The notes beneath the pieces are model-generated. The model made no database searches. It was not told the origin of the DNA and saw only the letters and a list, made by a program, of their open reading frames with translations. From Orbicella franksi (lineage: Eukaryota), in NCBI GenBank assembly GCA_964199315.1, contig OZ116706.1:23746001-23810000 (forward strand): a stretch of 64,000 nucleotides of DNA. Direction: 5' to 3'. A program made the position numbers and the translations under genes. This document shows positions 36,233 to 48,500 of this stretch, one piece after another. Within the stretch, counting starts at the first letter, position 1. Each line of letters starts with the position of its first letter.

Positions 36233-39200
36233 ATGGATAACAACGAATTAGAAAGGTAAGGCTGAGACTTTCTCACTTTCTCAAAGTCGGCCGAGATTTA
36301 AAATAAAATTATCTTTTTTTTTCTTTTTTATTTGCCACTCATCTGTTACAACAGTGTGATATATAAATAAATAACATTTTAGAGTAACAGGAGATCCCAG
36401 CAAGCTCATACAAGCTTTTCTAAGGAGATCCCCCTATTATTTATATTAAACATAACTCAACAATAACATTTCATAATATATGGTGGCCATATAAATCTGT
36501 GTCCACAAAACAGCAATAATAAAGATAATGAGTTTAAATTTATCTAATAATCAATATTTTGATTAAGCACGAAAGTTTTCAATTTCTTTCTAAACATCTA
36601 CGAAGACCTTATATTCTTTAAAACATCTGGTAAGGTATTCCAAATCATAGGACCTTTATATTTTATAGAGAATCTTCCATAATTTGTTCTTTTGAATTTC
36701 ATATGAAATTTTCCAGAAGACCTGGTATAATGTTGATGAATAGTATTATTCAGTGAGAAATAGTTTGAGAAAGCACTAGGCAAGCTTCCCTTGGTGTATG
36801 AATACATGAATATAAGCCTATTTGGTAAGAGTTTAACTCATATATGTTTAACAATTGGAGCGATATGAATAATTGTCTAGTTACTTGCTGGTACTTAGAA
36901 AAAGGTATAATTCTTATAATTTTCTTTTGTACTTTGTATAGAGCATCTAATCTACAAGGATAAATACTTGCCCATACAACATTACAATAACACAAGTATG
37001 GGTAAACCATAGCATTATATACAGTTTGTAATGTTCTTATAGGTAAATAATGTCTTACTCTAACCATAATCCCATGTAGCTTTGATATCTTAGAAGTTAC
37101 TTTAATAATATGATGCTTCCAAGACAGATCATGAGCAATAAGACTGGACATTTTATCCATCCATGATTATAACGGCGGAAAACGTTTTTCCAAGAAACAG
37201 ATGCGTCCGAGGGAAATTTTCTTGGATATTTTTGAAGACAAATGGAGGCTGTGATGTTTGTTATTCTTCAAATGTACACAAAAGGTCACTCTAAGTTTAC
37301 CCAGCTCTCTGTTACCAGTTCATCCTGTCAAAAGACAAATTAGTCTTATTGACCACAATTCTTTTGGCATAATTAGATGAACATTATTAATCTTTTCAGC
37401 AAGTCACCGTCCACTTAAAATTTGAGGAATTCAGACTTTTTTGTTTGTTTCAATGTCAAGCTCATGGGGGTGGGATTGCCCACTGGAATCTGATTGTGAG
37501 GTCTGTCCCCTGGGTGAGGATTTCGACTGTATGCAATGTCCCTAGGGTAGGGAATTTGACACGGTCACCATCTTGAAAGACCAATTTAAAGACCTATTTA
37601 ACAATTAGATCATTTGATCTTGATTTCTATGAGGTGATAGCTGATAAGGCTGAAGGGGAGATCAATTATCATCACATGGAAATGTAGAGCAAGTAATCTA
37701 ATTGGTGTGGAAGAATTGTAACTAAATGTTTCTCAGCATGCTTTAGAAGAATCACACAGACTGATTTGTTACAATATTATTTGAAACTTGCAGTCATGCA
37801 CACATGTTCATCATTTCACTGAAATATATTGAGGTTTAAAGTTGCATAATAGTCAAATTACTTTTTTAGTGTTCTTGAGAATTTAATTATCCAGTACTTG
37901 ATATTTCTAAATCTTCCTCAAATCATTGGAGAAACCAGAAAATGTTGTCATTGTGTGGATGATCTCCAGCCACTGATCAATAATGGCTGATAGTGCACAA
38001 GTAACTCAGCCAATCAGATNNNNNNNNNNNNNNNNNNNNNNNNNNNNNNNNNNNNNNNNNNNNNNNNNNNNNNNNNNNNNNNNNNNNNNNNNNNNNNNNN
38101 NNNNNNNNNNNNNNNNNNNNNNNNNNNNNNNNNNNNNNNNNNNNNNNNNNNNNNNNNNNNNNNNNNNNNNNNNNNNNNNNNNNNNNNNNNNNNNNNNNNN
38201 NNNNNNNNNNNNNNNNNNNNNNNNNNNNNNNNNNNNNNNNNNNNNNNNNNNNNNNNNNNNNNNNNNNNNNNNNNNNNNNNNNNNNNNNNNNNNNNNNNNN
38301 NNNNNNNNNNNNNNNNNNNNNNNNNNNNNNNNNNNNNNNNNNNNNNNNNNNNNNNNNNNNNNNNNNNNNNNNNNNNNNNNNNNNNNNNNNNNNNNNNNNN
38401 NNNNNNNNNNNNNNNNNNNNNNNNNNNNNNNNNNNNNNNNNNNNNNNNNNNNNNNNNNNNNNNNNNNNNNNNNNNNNNNNNNNNNNNNNNNNNNNNNNNN
38501 NNNNNNNNNNNNNNNNNNNNNNNNNNNNNNNNNNNNNNNNNNNNNNNNNNNNNNNNNNNNNNNNNNNNNNNNNNNNNNNNNNNNNNNNNNNNNNNNNNNN
38601 NNNNNNNNNNNNNNNNNNNNNNNNNNNNNNNNNNNNNNNNNNNNNNNNNNNNNNNNNNNNNNNNNNNNNNNNNNNNNNNNNNNNNNNNNNNNNNNNNNNN
38701 NNNNNNNNNNNNNNNNNNNNNNNNNNNNNNNNNNNNNNNNNNNNNNNNNNNNNNNNNNNNNNNNNNNNNNNNNNNNNNNNNNNNNNNNNNNNNNNNNNNN
38801 NNNNNNNNNNNNNNNNNNNNNNNNNNNNNNNNNNNNNNNNNNNNNNNNNNNNNNNNNNNNNNNNNNNNNNNNNNNNNNNNNNNNNNNNNNNNNNNNNNNN
38901 NNNNNNNNNNNNNNNNNNNNNNNNNNNNNNNNNNNNNNNNNNNNNNNNNNNNNNNNNNNNNNNNNNNNNNNNNNNNNNNNNNNNNNNNNNNNNNNNNNNN
39001 NNNNNAAACTCGAAACATGAATGCCATCTCCTTGATCTTTGACATTATATGAAAAACAGCAACATTAATAATTATTTGTTTTATGGTGACAGTTTGCAGA
39101 AATGACTCAAATTTAAGGGTTTATTAATTATGTTGTTGGGTATAATTTAATGTTACAGGCTTGCCCAAGAGGAACTTTTACAGGAAGCAAAGAGAGCTAA

Positions 39201-40286
39201 ATCAAGAGCAGAAGAGGTGGGTCCAATGGGCTGGTAAGTACAACAAAACACTTCTTAGCTACTGCAGTTATCAATATTTTTTGTCCTGAAAAAAGTTGCT
39301 ACAAGAAAGAAAATGAGGTGAAGAAATACAGAAGAACTTACGTTAAGACAGCGTTCTCAAAATTGGTCGCATATCTGCAGCTGCTGGGATTGGAATCCAG
39401 TGTTAAACAGTTTTGCCACTTTCTGTGAGGCTACTAAATTTGAAAATCTACTAGTTAACCTAGGATGTACCAGCCAAACTTATTTTTTTGTTATGCAATG
39501 CAATGTTATATTGCACCTTTCCCCCAAGGACAGAATTGTCCAAGAAAAATTGTTTTGTCTATGTCTATTAGTTCCTTGCATGTGATCTCTATCATCAGGG
39601 TTACTCAAGGGTTCTTTTTCACAAGTATTTTCATGAATGAGTCAATTAATGATCAAATAAAAGAGTATGTCATTTCCAATCATTTAACTCATAATTTTGT
39701 TTGTGTTCAAGGCAGAGGTGTCCTCTTCCAGTGACAAACAAGAGATTCCTTCGTAATGTGTTAGTTAGTACGCTGGAGCCAAGAAAAAAGAAACCCAAAC
39801 AAGCAGGTATAATCATGACCCAAAGTTATGCATGCCCATCAGCCCTCAAAATAATTTTCGGAAAGTTGCTGGTCACATTGACAGGCTAAACAAATTGACA
39901 GACAATGCAAGTTCATGTGCATCTGAAATGTATTCTTCTATAATTTTCATTCATTGTGCCATTTTTTCTGGTAGCTTCTATTTGTTCTTGGTAATGACAT
40001 ACATCATTCAATATACATCATTCATGTAACCTTGGATCAAAGATTCTTGTAGCTGCTATGTTGTTATCACTTTGCTTGTGTTTGTATTTGGAATCTTCAA
40101 TGAAGTGTTTTATATTATTTTCTCATAGGTACAGAACCCTGTAAAACCAAGGAAAAAGCAACAAACCGTAAACCAGTTCACAAGGACAGTCACCGCAAGA
40201 ATACATCCAAACACCAAAACAAGTCTGACAAAGATAGACACAAACATCACAAACACAAGTCCAAGCATAAACATACCAATCCATGA
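36233..40286 (+). CDS. POLR1D: POLR1D isoform-2-like protein (not the AC19 polymerase subunit), 116 aa, 4 exons
   Basis: Exons 36233-36255, 39159-39233, 39712-39806, 40129-40286. MDNNELER-LAQEELLQEAKRAKSRAEEVGPMGW-QRCPLPVTNKRFLRNVL parallels vertebrate POLR1D isoform 2 (ELERKAIEELLKEAKRGKTRAETMGPMGWMKCPLASTNKRFL), followed by a basic His/Lys tail. Intron 1 contains an N-gap. Confidence 0.85.
36360..37150 (-). mobile_element. 5'-truncated LINE (L2/Crack-like) 3' end, antisense in POLR1D-like intron 1
   Basis: LSWKHHIIKVTSKISKLHGIM.RVRHYLP..TL..VYNAMVYPYLCYCNVVWAS, then FSIKYKGPMIWNTLP, typical of the RT C-terminus. Frame-broken. Confidence 0.85.
38020..39005. other. Assembly gap (986 N)
   Basis: N run. 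The two poly-X ORFs across it are artefacts. The left flank (CTGATAGT...TCAGCCAATCAGAT) is a repeat also seen at ~50165-50205. Confidence 0.99.
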
Positions 40287-42591
40287 AGCTATAAACTGAA
40301 CTACTCAAGGTACTTTGGAGTTCTTTCTTTGGACTACACACCAACCATTTACATTTATGTTACAGTTTAAAGAATTTAAGTACATGAATATAAGCAGCAA
40401 AACATGGTTCAAAATCCATACAAACGTCTCTAATGTTGAGACAGCGTCCCCCAAAACCATATTAACTCTTAAAATTTTTTATCAGTTTTGTAACAACTAC
40501 AGGTAAGATTCCATTATTCACCTACCATTTGAAAGAAACTGAGATGAAAATCACATATATTTGCCCAATTTAAGAGTATCACAAAAATCATAAAAATTTT
40601 CATGTGGTGTCAGTTTATCGATTGGTTAAAACTTGAAACTCACCCCAGTTCTCTGTGCAGTTTCAGAATAGCCTATTATCTGTCATCTATACATAACAGA
40701 TATTCTGAAATATATATGTAATTTGCCAAGACTTTTGAGGCTCTGTTGTAGAAATTTGTAATAACATTTTTTTCAAAATTTACCTGTTTGACTCTACCTC
40801 AAAATTTCATTAGGAAGTGACTTGATTAAACATAATTCATGCAAAATGAAATTAAAATTTGCAAGACAGGTCTTGAAACTGGCAACTAGTCACATCTTCT
40901 AAGTTTAATGAAAAATACTTAAATGATGTGTTTTCTTTGAATTACAACTGAAGGAGAACCATTTGTTTACCTAAGGGGGACAGGTCTAAAACGAGGTTGA
41001 GGGGTGAGAGATGGGGAACTTATGTGAGGGGCTAGGGTTGTTAACATTATCACCATTGAGAGCTAACTGCAAACAGGCTAACCGAAGCATTTTTCAGGGT
41101 AACTGCAGTGCTCTTCAGGCTAAACAGAGTGCTATTCACCCCCCCTCTTTTCACCCCTTGCCTCCATTTTAGACTTGCACTTTATGGCTACCCCTAATCA
41201 TGGGTAGAAGTGGTCAAAACCATAACACTGTACAGACATAACATAATGGCCATCTTGTATTATAATCTAACATAATCGCACATGTAATATATTAACTTGA
41301 AACTAGAGTCACTGAATTTATACGTCTTTTAAAAAGAATAGAGAAATTTGTAGAGTTGTCAATGGCTAGAAAATAATAAAACTTTCAACTTTCTGGGTTT
41401 TTTACTGTCTTATGCGGCCTTCTGTAGTTAAAATGGTGTTCTGCCATAAAAAAATCTATAAATAGCAGCAGGTCGTCCAAGCTCACAGTAAGAGGACACA
41501 GAGTTGACTCTTGTTTGTGAGAAGTATCGTTTTCCAAAGACTTGATAATTGGTTTGAAAAGGAATGGAACAATTTTGTTATAAAAAGTATGAAATGAAAT
41601 GTTTAGTGAATAAAATAGGCATGTCTTGTTGCTGTGTTGTAGTATTTGTTGTTTGCCATTTTCTCAGGGCATTTCAATGTGATTTTGGCAAGCTAGTGAT
41701 ATTTGGGATTCCACTATTCTCTAAATACTTATCTTTCTCTAAAGACAGACAGGTCTGTCTCTATGGATAAGAATCTGTCTTAAAGTTTACAGATGCTACA
41801 GATTCTTTCTGATTGTAACAGTTTGTTAGTGATTGTTAGTCACATGGATTTTAGTTTCTCTTTATTTATTGTTACTGATATTTACTGATTGTTATGGCTG
41901 GTTGTGTGACTGTTGTACTTCTTCTAACAAGCCAGTGCTTTGCTTCAAATTGCCCCAGACTAAAAACAGCATTACACTCTGTAAATTAAAAGAAAGTTGT
42001 TTTTATTCTAAAAATTCTTTACAAAGTATATTTGTTGCATAAAATTTACCAAACAAAGTCAGCATCTATATTTTGCCAATTTTGTGTTGGCCATTTTTAC
42101 AGTGCAGGCTTTGGCTGTGCCTGTGCCAATGACTTCCATGATAACGGTACAGTGGAATCTACTTAACACAAACACTGAATGGTAGATCAGTGTCTGTAAT
42201 GAGAATGGTGTGCTTGTTACACAGCTCACTGGTACACTGGTATGGCATTATTTCCAAGGGACTTGGAGCCTGGTGATAGATTATCAACTCGGAATTTTAC
42301 CTAGTAAATGGTTTTGACTTCATGGAAATGGCCACTTTCATCAAAAGAGAAAGAAAAGCTCATAATGAACTGTTTATTGATGGTTTCTTTTTTCCCTTCA
42401 ACTTCAACCAATGCTCTGGTTTCCTCAATGAACACTGGAGAGCCCACTAGAGATAATATCTCTCTACCAAATTGTCTCCAGTCTCCAGTTTCCTTGGTTA
42501 TGAAACTGTGTACAGTTTATACCAGCTCTCTCCTCATGGAAATATCCGGCTTCTTTTTAAATGTTCAACTTCTTTAACAGATATTCACACA

Positions 42592-45500
42592 TTAGAAATG
42601 TGGTTTGTGAGAACCAAGTACAAAGTCAACATAATGAGGTTCTGCAACAAGAAAAACAACTGTCAAAAAACTCAAAGTCAATTACCAGTAGTCTGATTAA
42701 ACCACTACCAAGCAAGTGTTACAAACAGTTGGCATAATGGAAGTACTGCAACAAAGTAAAAGATTACGGAAGCTACCACCTCACCATTGTCTGGTGTAAT
42801 AAGGCCATGGCGAATCATAAAGTCAAGCACAACAAGAGCACAGTTTGGTTTAAATTCATCCGTTGCCATTTTCTCTTTCACCTGTTACAAAGAAAAATAA
42901 AAATATTCAAGTTATCAGACAGGGCAGAACAATTTTTTTTCTTATAAGGAGTAATTTCCGCTGTAGGAACAGCCTGTAGACATAGGTAAAATTAATATTC
43001 TGTGATACAGATTCAAACAACACACCTTGTCCATTGACCAGCAATAAAATTCACCAACTTCCCCGTCACTGTTCACTGGTTGAAAGTCGCGAGACAGTTT
43101 TAAGTCACAAACAAACTGCACTTCTGGAAATAAGCCTCTCTCATCTTCAAAGAAGTAACTGGTGAGTAACAAAGGAAAGAAAACAAAAAATATAGACGGA
43201 TATTAAGATGAGATTTCTATTGTTGGCATTCCATGAAATTGTACCAAAAATATCCATTAGTGATGCTAAATGGAGGCCTATAAATTGGGATACAAGAAAA
43301 AGTGTTATAATAATTCATTGGTAATTTCACTTGATCCTGAAGATGACCTCTGCTCAGGTTGTCAGCGTGTCAATCACCACCAACAACACTCAGTTTCAGG
43401 ACTGCCCTCACCCAGATACACTTGTTTAGCATAGGAGAAACTATTGTGGCCCTGCAAGCTAAGTGCATATGCAGGTGGAGAGCAGTACCTAACACATCCA
43501 GCTGATGTAGCTGTCCTAGCGAGCTCCTCTGGTATAGATGCCTCTTCTGCACACTCTCTTATCAGTGTCTCCTGAATTCCTTCCCCGCAGATCATGCCAC
43601 CAGCCACCTAAAGTCAGAGATTACGTGTATATTAGTGCACATAAAGAAAAACAAAACAAAGCCCCATTAATGGCACATTGAATTGGAGTTTGTCAGAATA
43701 AGTTAAAGTAAATTTAATTACCAGTATTTCCCTTTTCACTGTCAGTTTCAGTTAGAGGAAACAAAAACTTCTAGGTGTTGTGTAAGTTGTGACATAATTC
43801 TATTGCTATTACCAAAACTGAGAATGGATGTGAGTCATCCAAATTATGAAAATTTCAAAACTGTTTGTATTAGCATGGTCAGTTATGGTTATTTAACAGA
43901 AACATAGAGCTTTCCCTAAGGTAATTTCCTTAATTCTGGTTTGATGCCATTCTGCATGCTGATAATAGAAGATTAAAACAGTAAGTAATTAATTCTTCAA
44001 CTAATAAAATGGATGATACAGCCTTAATCAGAATGTCCACATTGTCCTGTTTTAACACACAAAGGGACAAGAGCAAAGAACACTCACCTGCATTTTCTCT
44101 ACACTTGTTTCATGCTCTCTTCACTTCCTTGTGTACTTTACAACAGAACAAAACAATACGTTAAGGGTTATATACTTGGTATAAAGCAGGCAAGAAAGTG
44201 ATAAGAGCAGAAAGAAATGTAGAGTATGACAAGAATTTAGTCCCATGGTTTTTATTAGGTTCCCTTGCACTTTTTTTCTATCCTTTAATATATACATGTA
44301 TATTGTAGTTTTGCATCCTCATTGTAATCTTGTATTAATATTAATTTTTGTCATTTCTTAATCATTGTACTCTAATTCTATTTTTTGTTTGTATAGCAAA
44401 TCAAAAAATAATAATAATAAATAAATGTACATGAACTTTTTGAGTATTCCTTTAAATTTAAACCCCCTGTACAGAGGTTCTATTTATCAATTTATAACAC
44501 AACAGATCACAGGATCTTTTCCTCAGCTGTGCTCATTTTAGTGAGATCTTAAATCATACTTTGTGGGGGCAGAAGGCTGAAAGGTCCACTCAAATTTAAC
44601 ACTATTGCAATCCTGGGACAAGATCTCTTAAATTTGTCCATCTGCATCAGTAGTTAACATGACTATGATTATTTGACACCAGCATTATTCATTATTGTAC
44701 ATTCATTATGTCATAGGAACAACTAGAACTCACAGTGGAATCAAGTCACTCAGCTTACACCACAATTTCTTTGTTCCCACTGAATAGAATTTTGCACTTT
44801 TTTGCAATTCCTTATTAGCTACAGTCGAACCCCAATTATCCGGACTCATTGGGACCGGACGAAATAGTCTGGATAATCGAGGGTCCGGATAATCGAAAAT
44901 ATGAATATTAATGAAGAACAAAACTATTTAAATAAAGCAACATTTAATCGTGAAACAACACTTTTACAAATCGCTTGGAAAACAATATGGTTTACTGTAC
45001 ATCTTGAACCACTCAACTGTGAACCAATCAAAACTCGTTCGAGTGTTCTTCATTAGTTACGGCATGTGTGAGTGCTGCTTTTTAAAGCAAAGCAAACTTG
45101 CTTTTGACTGCGCTGTTCAGTGCTATAGTTTTAAGAAGAATATTGCTACGGATCTTGATCATGACTAATAAATATTCATGCCAAAATTGGAACTAGAGAA
45201 AAAGTCCGAATAATCGAGAAATCCGAATAATCGAGGTACGGATAATCGAGGTTCGACTGTAGTATACATAATTGCAAAGAGTTAAGTTCTCTTAGTCTAC
45301 ATTTCTAATGACTTCATCTTACAATTTGATCCAGTTTGCCTGGCCAGGTTTGTTTGGTAGGACTTCTTCTCGCCAACCACATATATATGTTTCCGCTTTC
45401 ATCTGTGTAATAACCATTTACATGAACACCATACCGCACAGTCCCTAACAGGCCTGACAAGAACAGACAAGCAAAGAATAAATTAATAAAATTATTCAGT

Positions 45501-48500
45501 ATAAGTAGTATTTACTGCAAAGCTCCTAACAGCAAGGATCTGTTCAGAATAGCTAAGAAAATGTAAATGACTTTATAGTCACGTTAGACTACGAGTAGCC
45601 CCTCTTTCGCTTAGTCCGTCATGCGTGACGTGAAAGAAAACCGCAAGAAAAAAGTGGCCGCGCGAAATCCTGGAGGCGAGGAGCACGCGAAAGGAGGGAC
45701 TACCGCCTAAGCCCAAGAGTTTGAATTATGCGTTGCTCTCACAACGCAAAAATATGATTGGCTTATGTTAGGAGCGTTGACAACGTGTTGTCAACATTCG
45801 AGATACCTGTGACGTCTTGCAGGAATGTTTTGGAACCGAAGCAAATCGAAGCGGTACCAGAGCAAATCGAAGCGTTGGAATCGCGCTTCGCAAGCTGTGA
45901 TGTTCTTGCGAATCTGCCAACAGGCGCTTTGGAAAGATTTAAATTTATCTAGTGTTTTGTTTGGCAAAGCTTTCTGCCTCCACCCCGACTGCGAGCGTGT
46001 TAGTGATTTCGCCGCTCAACAGCATCGTCTAAGTCAGCGAATATAAATTCACTGAGCTTGACCTTTCTCCCGTCCATTTGAAAGATTGAACCGGACTCTC
46101 ACTTGACACCGGACATTCACCTGAAATTTTCCGCTGCTATTGGCAAACATTTCACTGCAGTTGGATTATCTCCTATGTATAATGTATAATGTATAATGTA
46201 AATTCTTGGTTGAAAGTCTATTGAAATTTTCGCAATAACTTTTAGACGCAGCGAAAATCGTTACAAGAGGCCTCATTCGCCGTCTTCTTTTTAAACCTTC
46301 TTCGACAGTTTCGCTGAACAAACACTGAACGAAGATATACTTCTCACGGCATATGTTTTTGCCTGGCTTCTTGAAGAGTAGAGTAGAGCAATTTTATTCA
46401 GATCTCCCGGGGCTATTGATAACAGGCGATAATAAGAGGACATCAAGATGAGAAATCCTACACCGAAAAATCACTCGGCCGTGAAAGGGCAAACTCTTGG
46501 GCTTAGGCGGTAGTCCCTCCTTTCGCGTGCTCCTAGACCCCAGGATTTCGCGCAGCCATTTTTTTCTCGCGAATTTCTTTCGCGTCATGCACGACGGACT
46601 AAGCGAAAGAGGGACTACTCGTAGTCTATAGTCACGTGACCAGTATAATTTGTTAAAATAAATGATCTAATCTTGGCATTAATCTCCTGCAGAGCATCTG
46701 AACAGTATGTGGAAGGTAACAAGTTTGACTTTGATCAGGGACACTAAATACTTTCTTTGTAGCTGCTTGTCCATGACAAAATTTTCACTTTGAATTCATA
46801 GAATTAAATGACTGTCATAATGACATAGTAGTAACATCTACGACCAAATCATGAAAACTCTCTACTTCATAGAGAAAAAAAAATTTTCATGACAGTTGAC
46901 TCACAGGTGGCTGATCTCTCCATCATAAAATACGGTTTGCTGTCAAATGAAGGCATGACAGGATACATCTTGAAAATAAAACCACTTTAAGTTAGACCAA
47001 TATAACATGAAACCTGAGAGCATTTTATTTCAAAAGGGTCTACCCAACTGCTGCGGAAGGTGCGATGGCACCATGGTTAGTGCGCTCGTTTCCAGGTCAA
47101 GCGGTCCGGGTTCGAGCCCTGGCTGGGGACATTGTGTTGTGTTCTTGGGCAAGACACTTTACTCTCACAGTGCCTCTCTCCACCCAGGTGTATAAATGGG
47201 TACCAGTGAACTTTATGCTGGGGGTAACCCTGTGATGGACTAGCATCCCATCCAGGGGAGAGTAGAAATACCCCTAGTCACTTCATGCTACAGAAACCGG
47301 GATAAGCTCCGGCCTGGTGGGCCACTTGGCTCATATGCAGACTTAACCTTACCTACCCTACTCAGCTGCTGCTGCTGGTGGATAGAGATAAACAGGAAGA
47401 TTAAACTAGGATCTTAGTCATGCATAATCATGTACTTAAACTGTGCACAGGATTTCCTATGCATAAGGTTCAGTTGCAAATGGATGTAACTCAGTGATAA
47501 CGTACAAATCATAACTGGACTTGCCTACTAATTTCTTGTCTTAAGTCACACGCAGTTAATAGAAACATAACACTGTCTGACTGAGTTGACTAGGAGATAC
47601 CAAGTTCGTTACATTTAATCTTGCTACCATGCCAACATAAAGTATGTTAACTTAGTGAATGTCCAAACTATCAACAACCCTCCACAAACTAGTTAAGCCA
47701 AATTGAAAAGATGTACCCACATTTTTATACTGACTAGAATCCACAGCATTATAATTTACATGTCAATGGTGGTTTTCCTCTGTTGTTTTGGACCACACAA
47801 GAATTGTATGCATTGGTTTTCATAACACTTAAAATATTTCTTTGGCAAAAAGAAAGTACAAAATGTGTATGTGATCACAAATTGGAAGATTTTTTTAAGT
47901 GTGCATCATGTACATGACTGTATACAGTGGTAACATAATTCTATTAACACAAATTTCAACTTGCCTCATTTCTCCATCCCTTTAAAGTACTAAACACATC
48001 CTTAAGTCTCAGATCTTCCATGACCTCAGCAATTTTTTGGGTTCTTTCTGTGAAATTCTTAAGTTCTAGAGTCAAAGCAACATGTGTAATTTCACCATCA
48101 TTTCCTTTAACCATCACAAATACGTCACTATAAGAGCTAATGAAGCTGGAAATTTGTGGTGAAATGTAACCCACTTGGATGCCATCAACAAGGAAAGGCT
48201 TGCAAGATAACTTGGAGGAACCTGTTAACCAGACCAGTCAGTTAGTGGACAATAATATACAACACAATAATGAAGACTTTTGATTGTGAGGAGGTAACAT
48301 GCCATGAATTCATTTTCTGACCCTGTACCCTACTTGCTCTAATACCTACAGTACATGTATGAGACACAAAGAGGACGTCTGGGCACTCTGGCAGAATGCT
48401 TGTAATACGTTCTGGATATTCCAGAATAGTGGAACTGCAGAAATGTGGGGTTATTATAGCTGTTCAAACTGTTCATACTGTGGAATAGGGTCAATCAAAA

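Noticed and set aside
37983-39045. 345-aa and 343-aa ORFs
   Set aside because: Artefacts of translating the N-gap.
39585-39600. Minus-strand CTGATGA
   Set aside because: No stem II/GAAA arrangement follows.
42070-42160. Alternative last exon for the Nudix gene (DSTVPLSW...)
   Set aside because: The exon at 42641-42592 (EPHYVDFVLGSHK) has a better acceptor and fits the family C-terminus.
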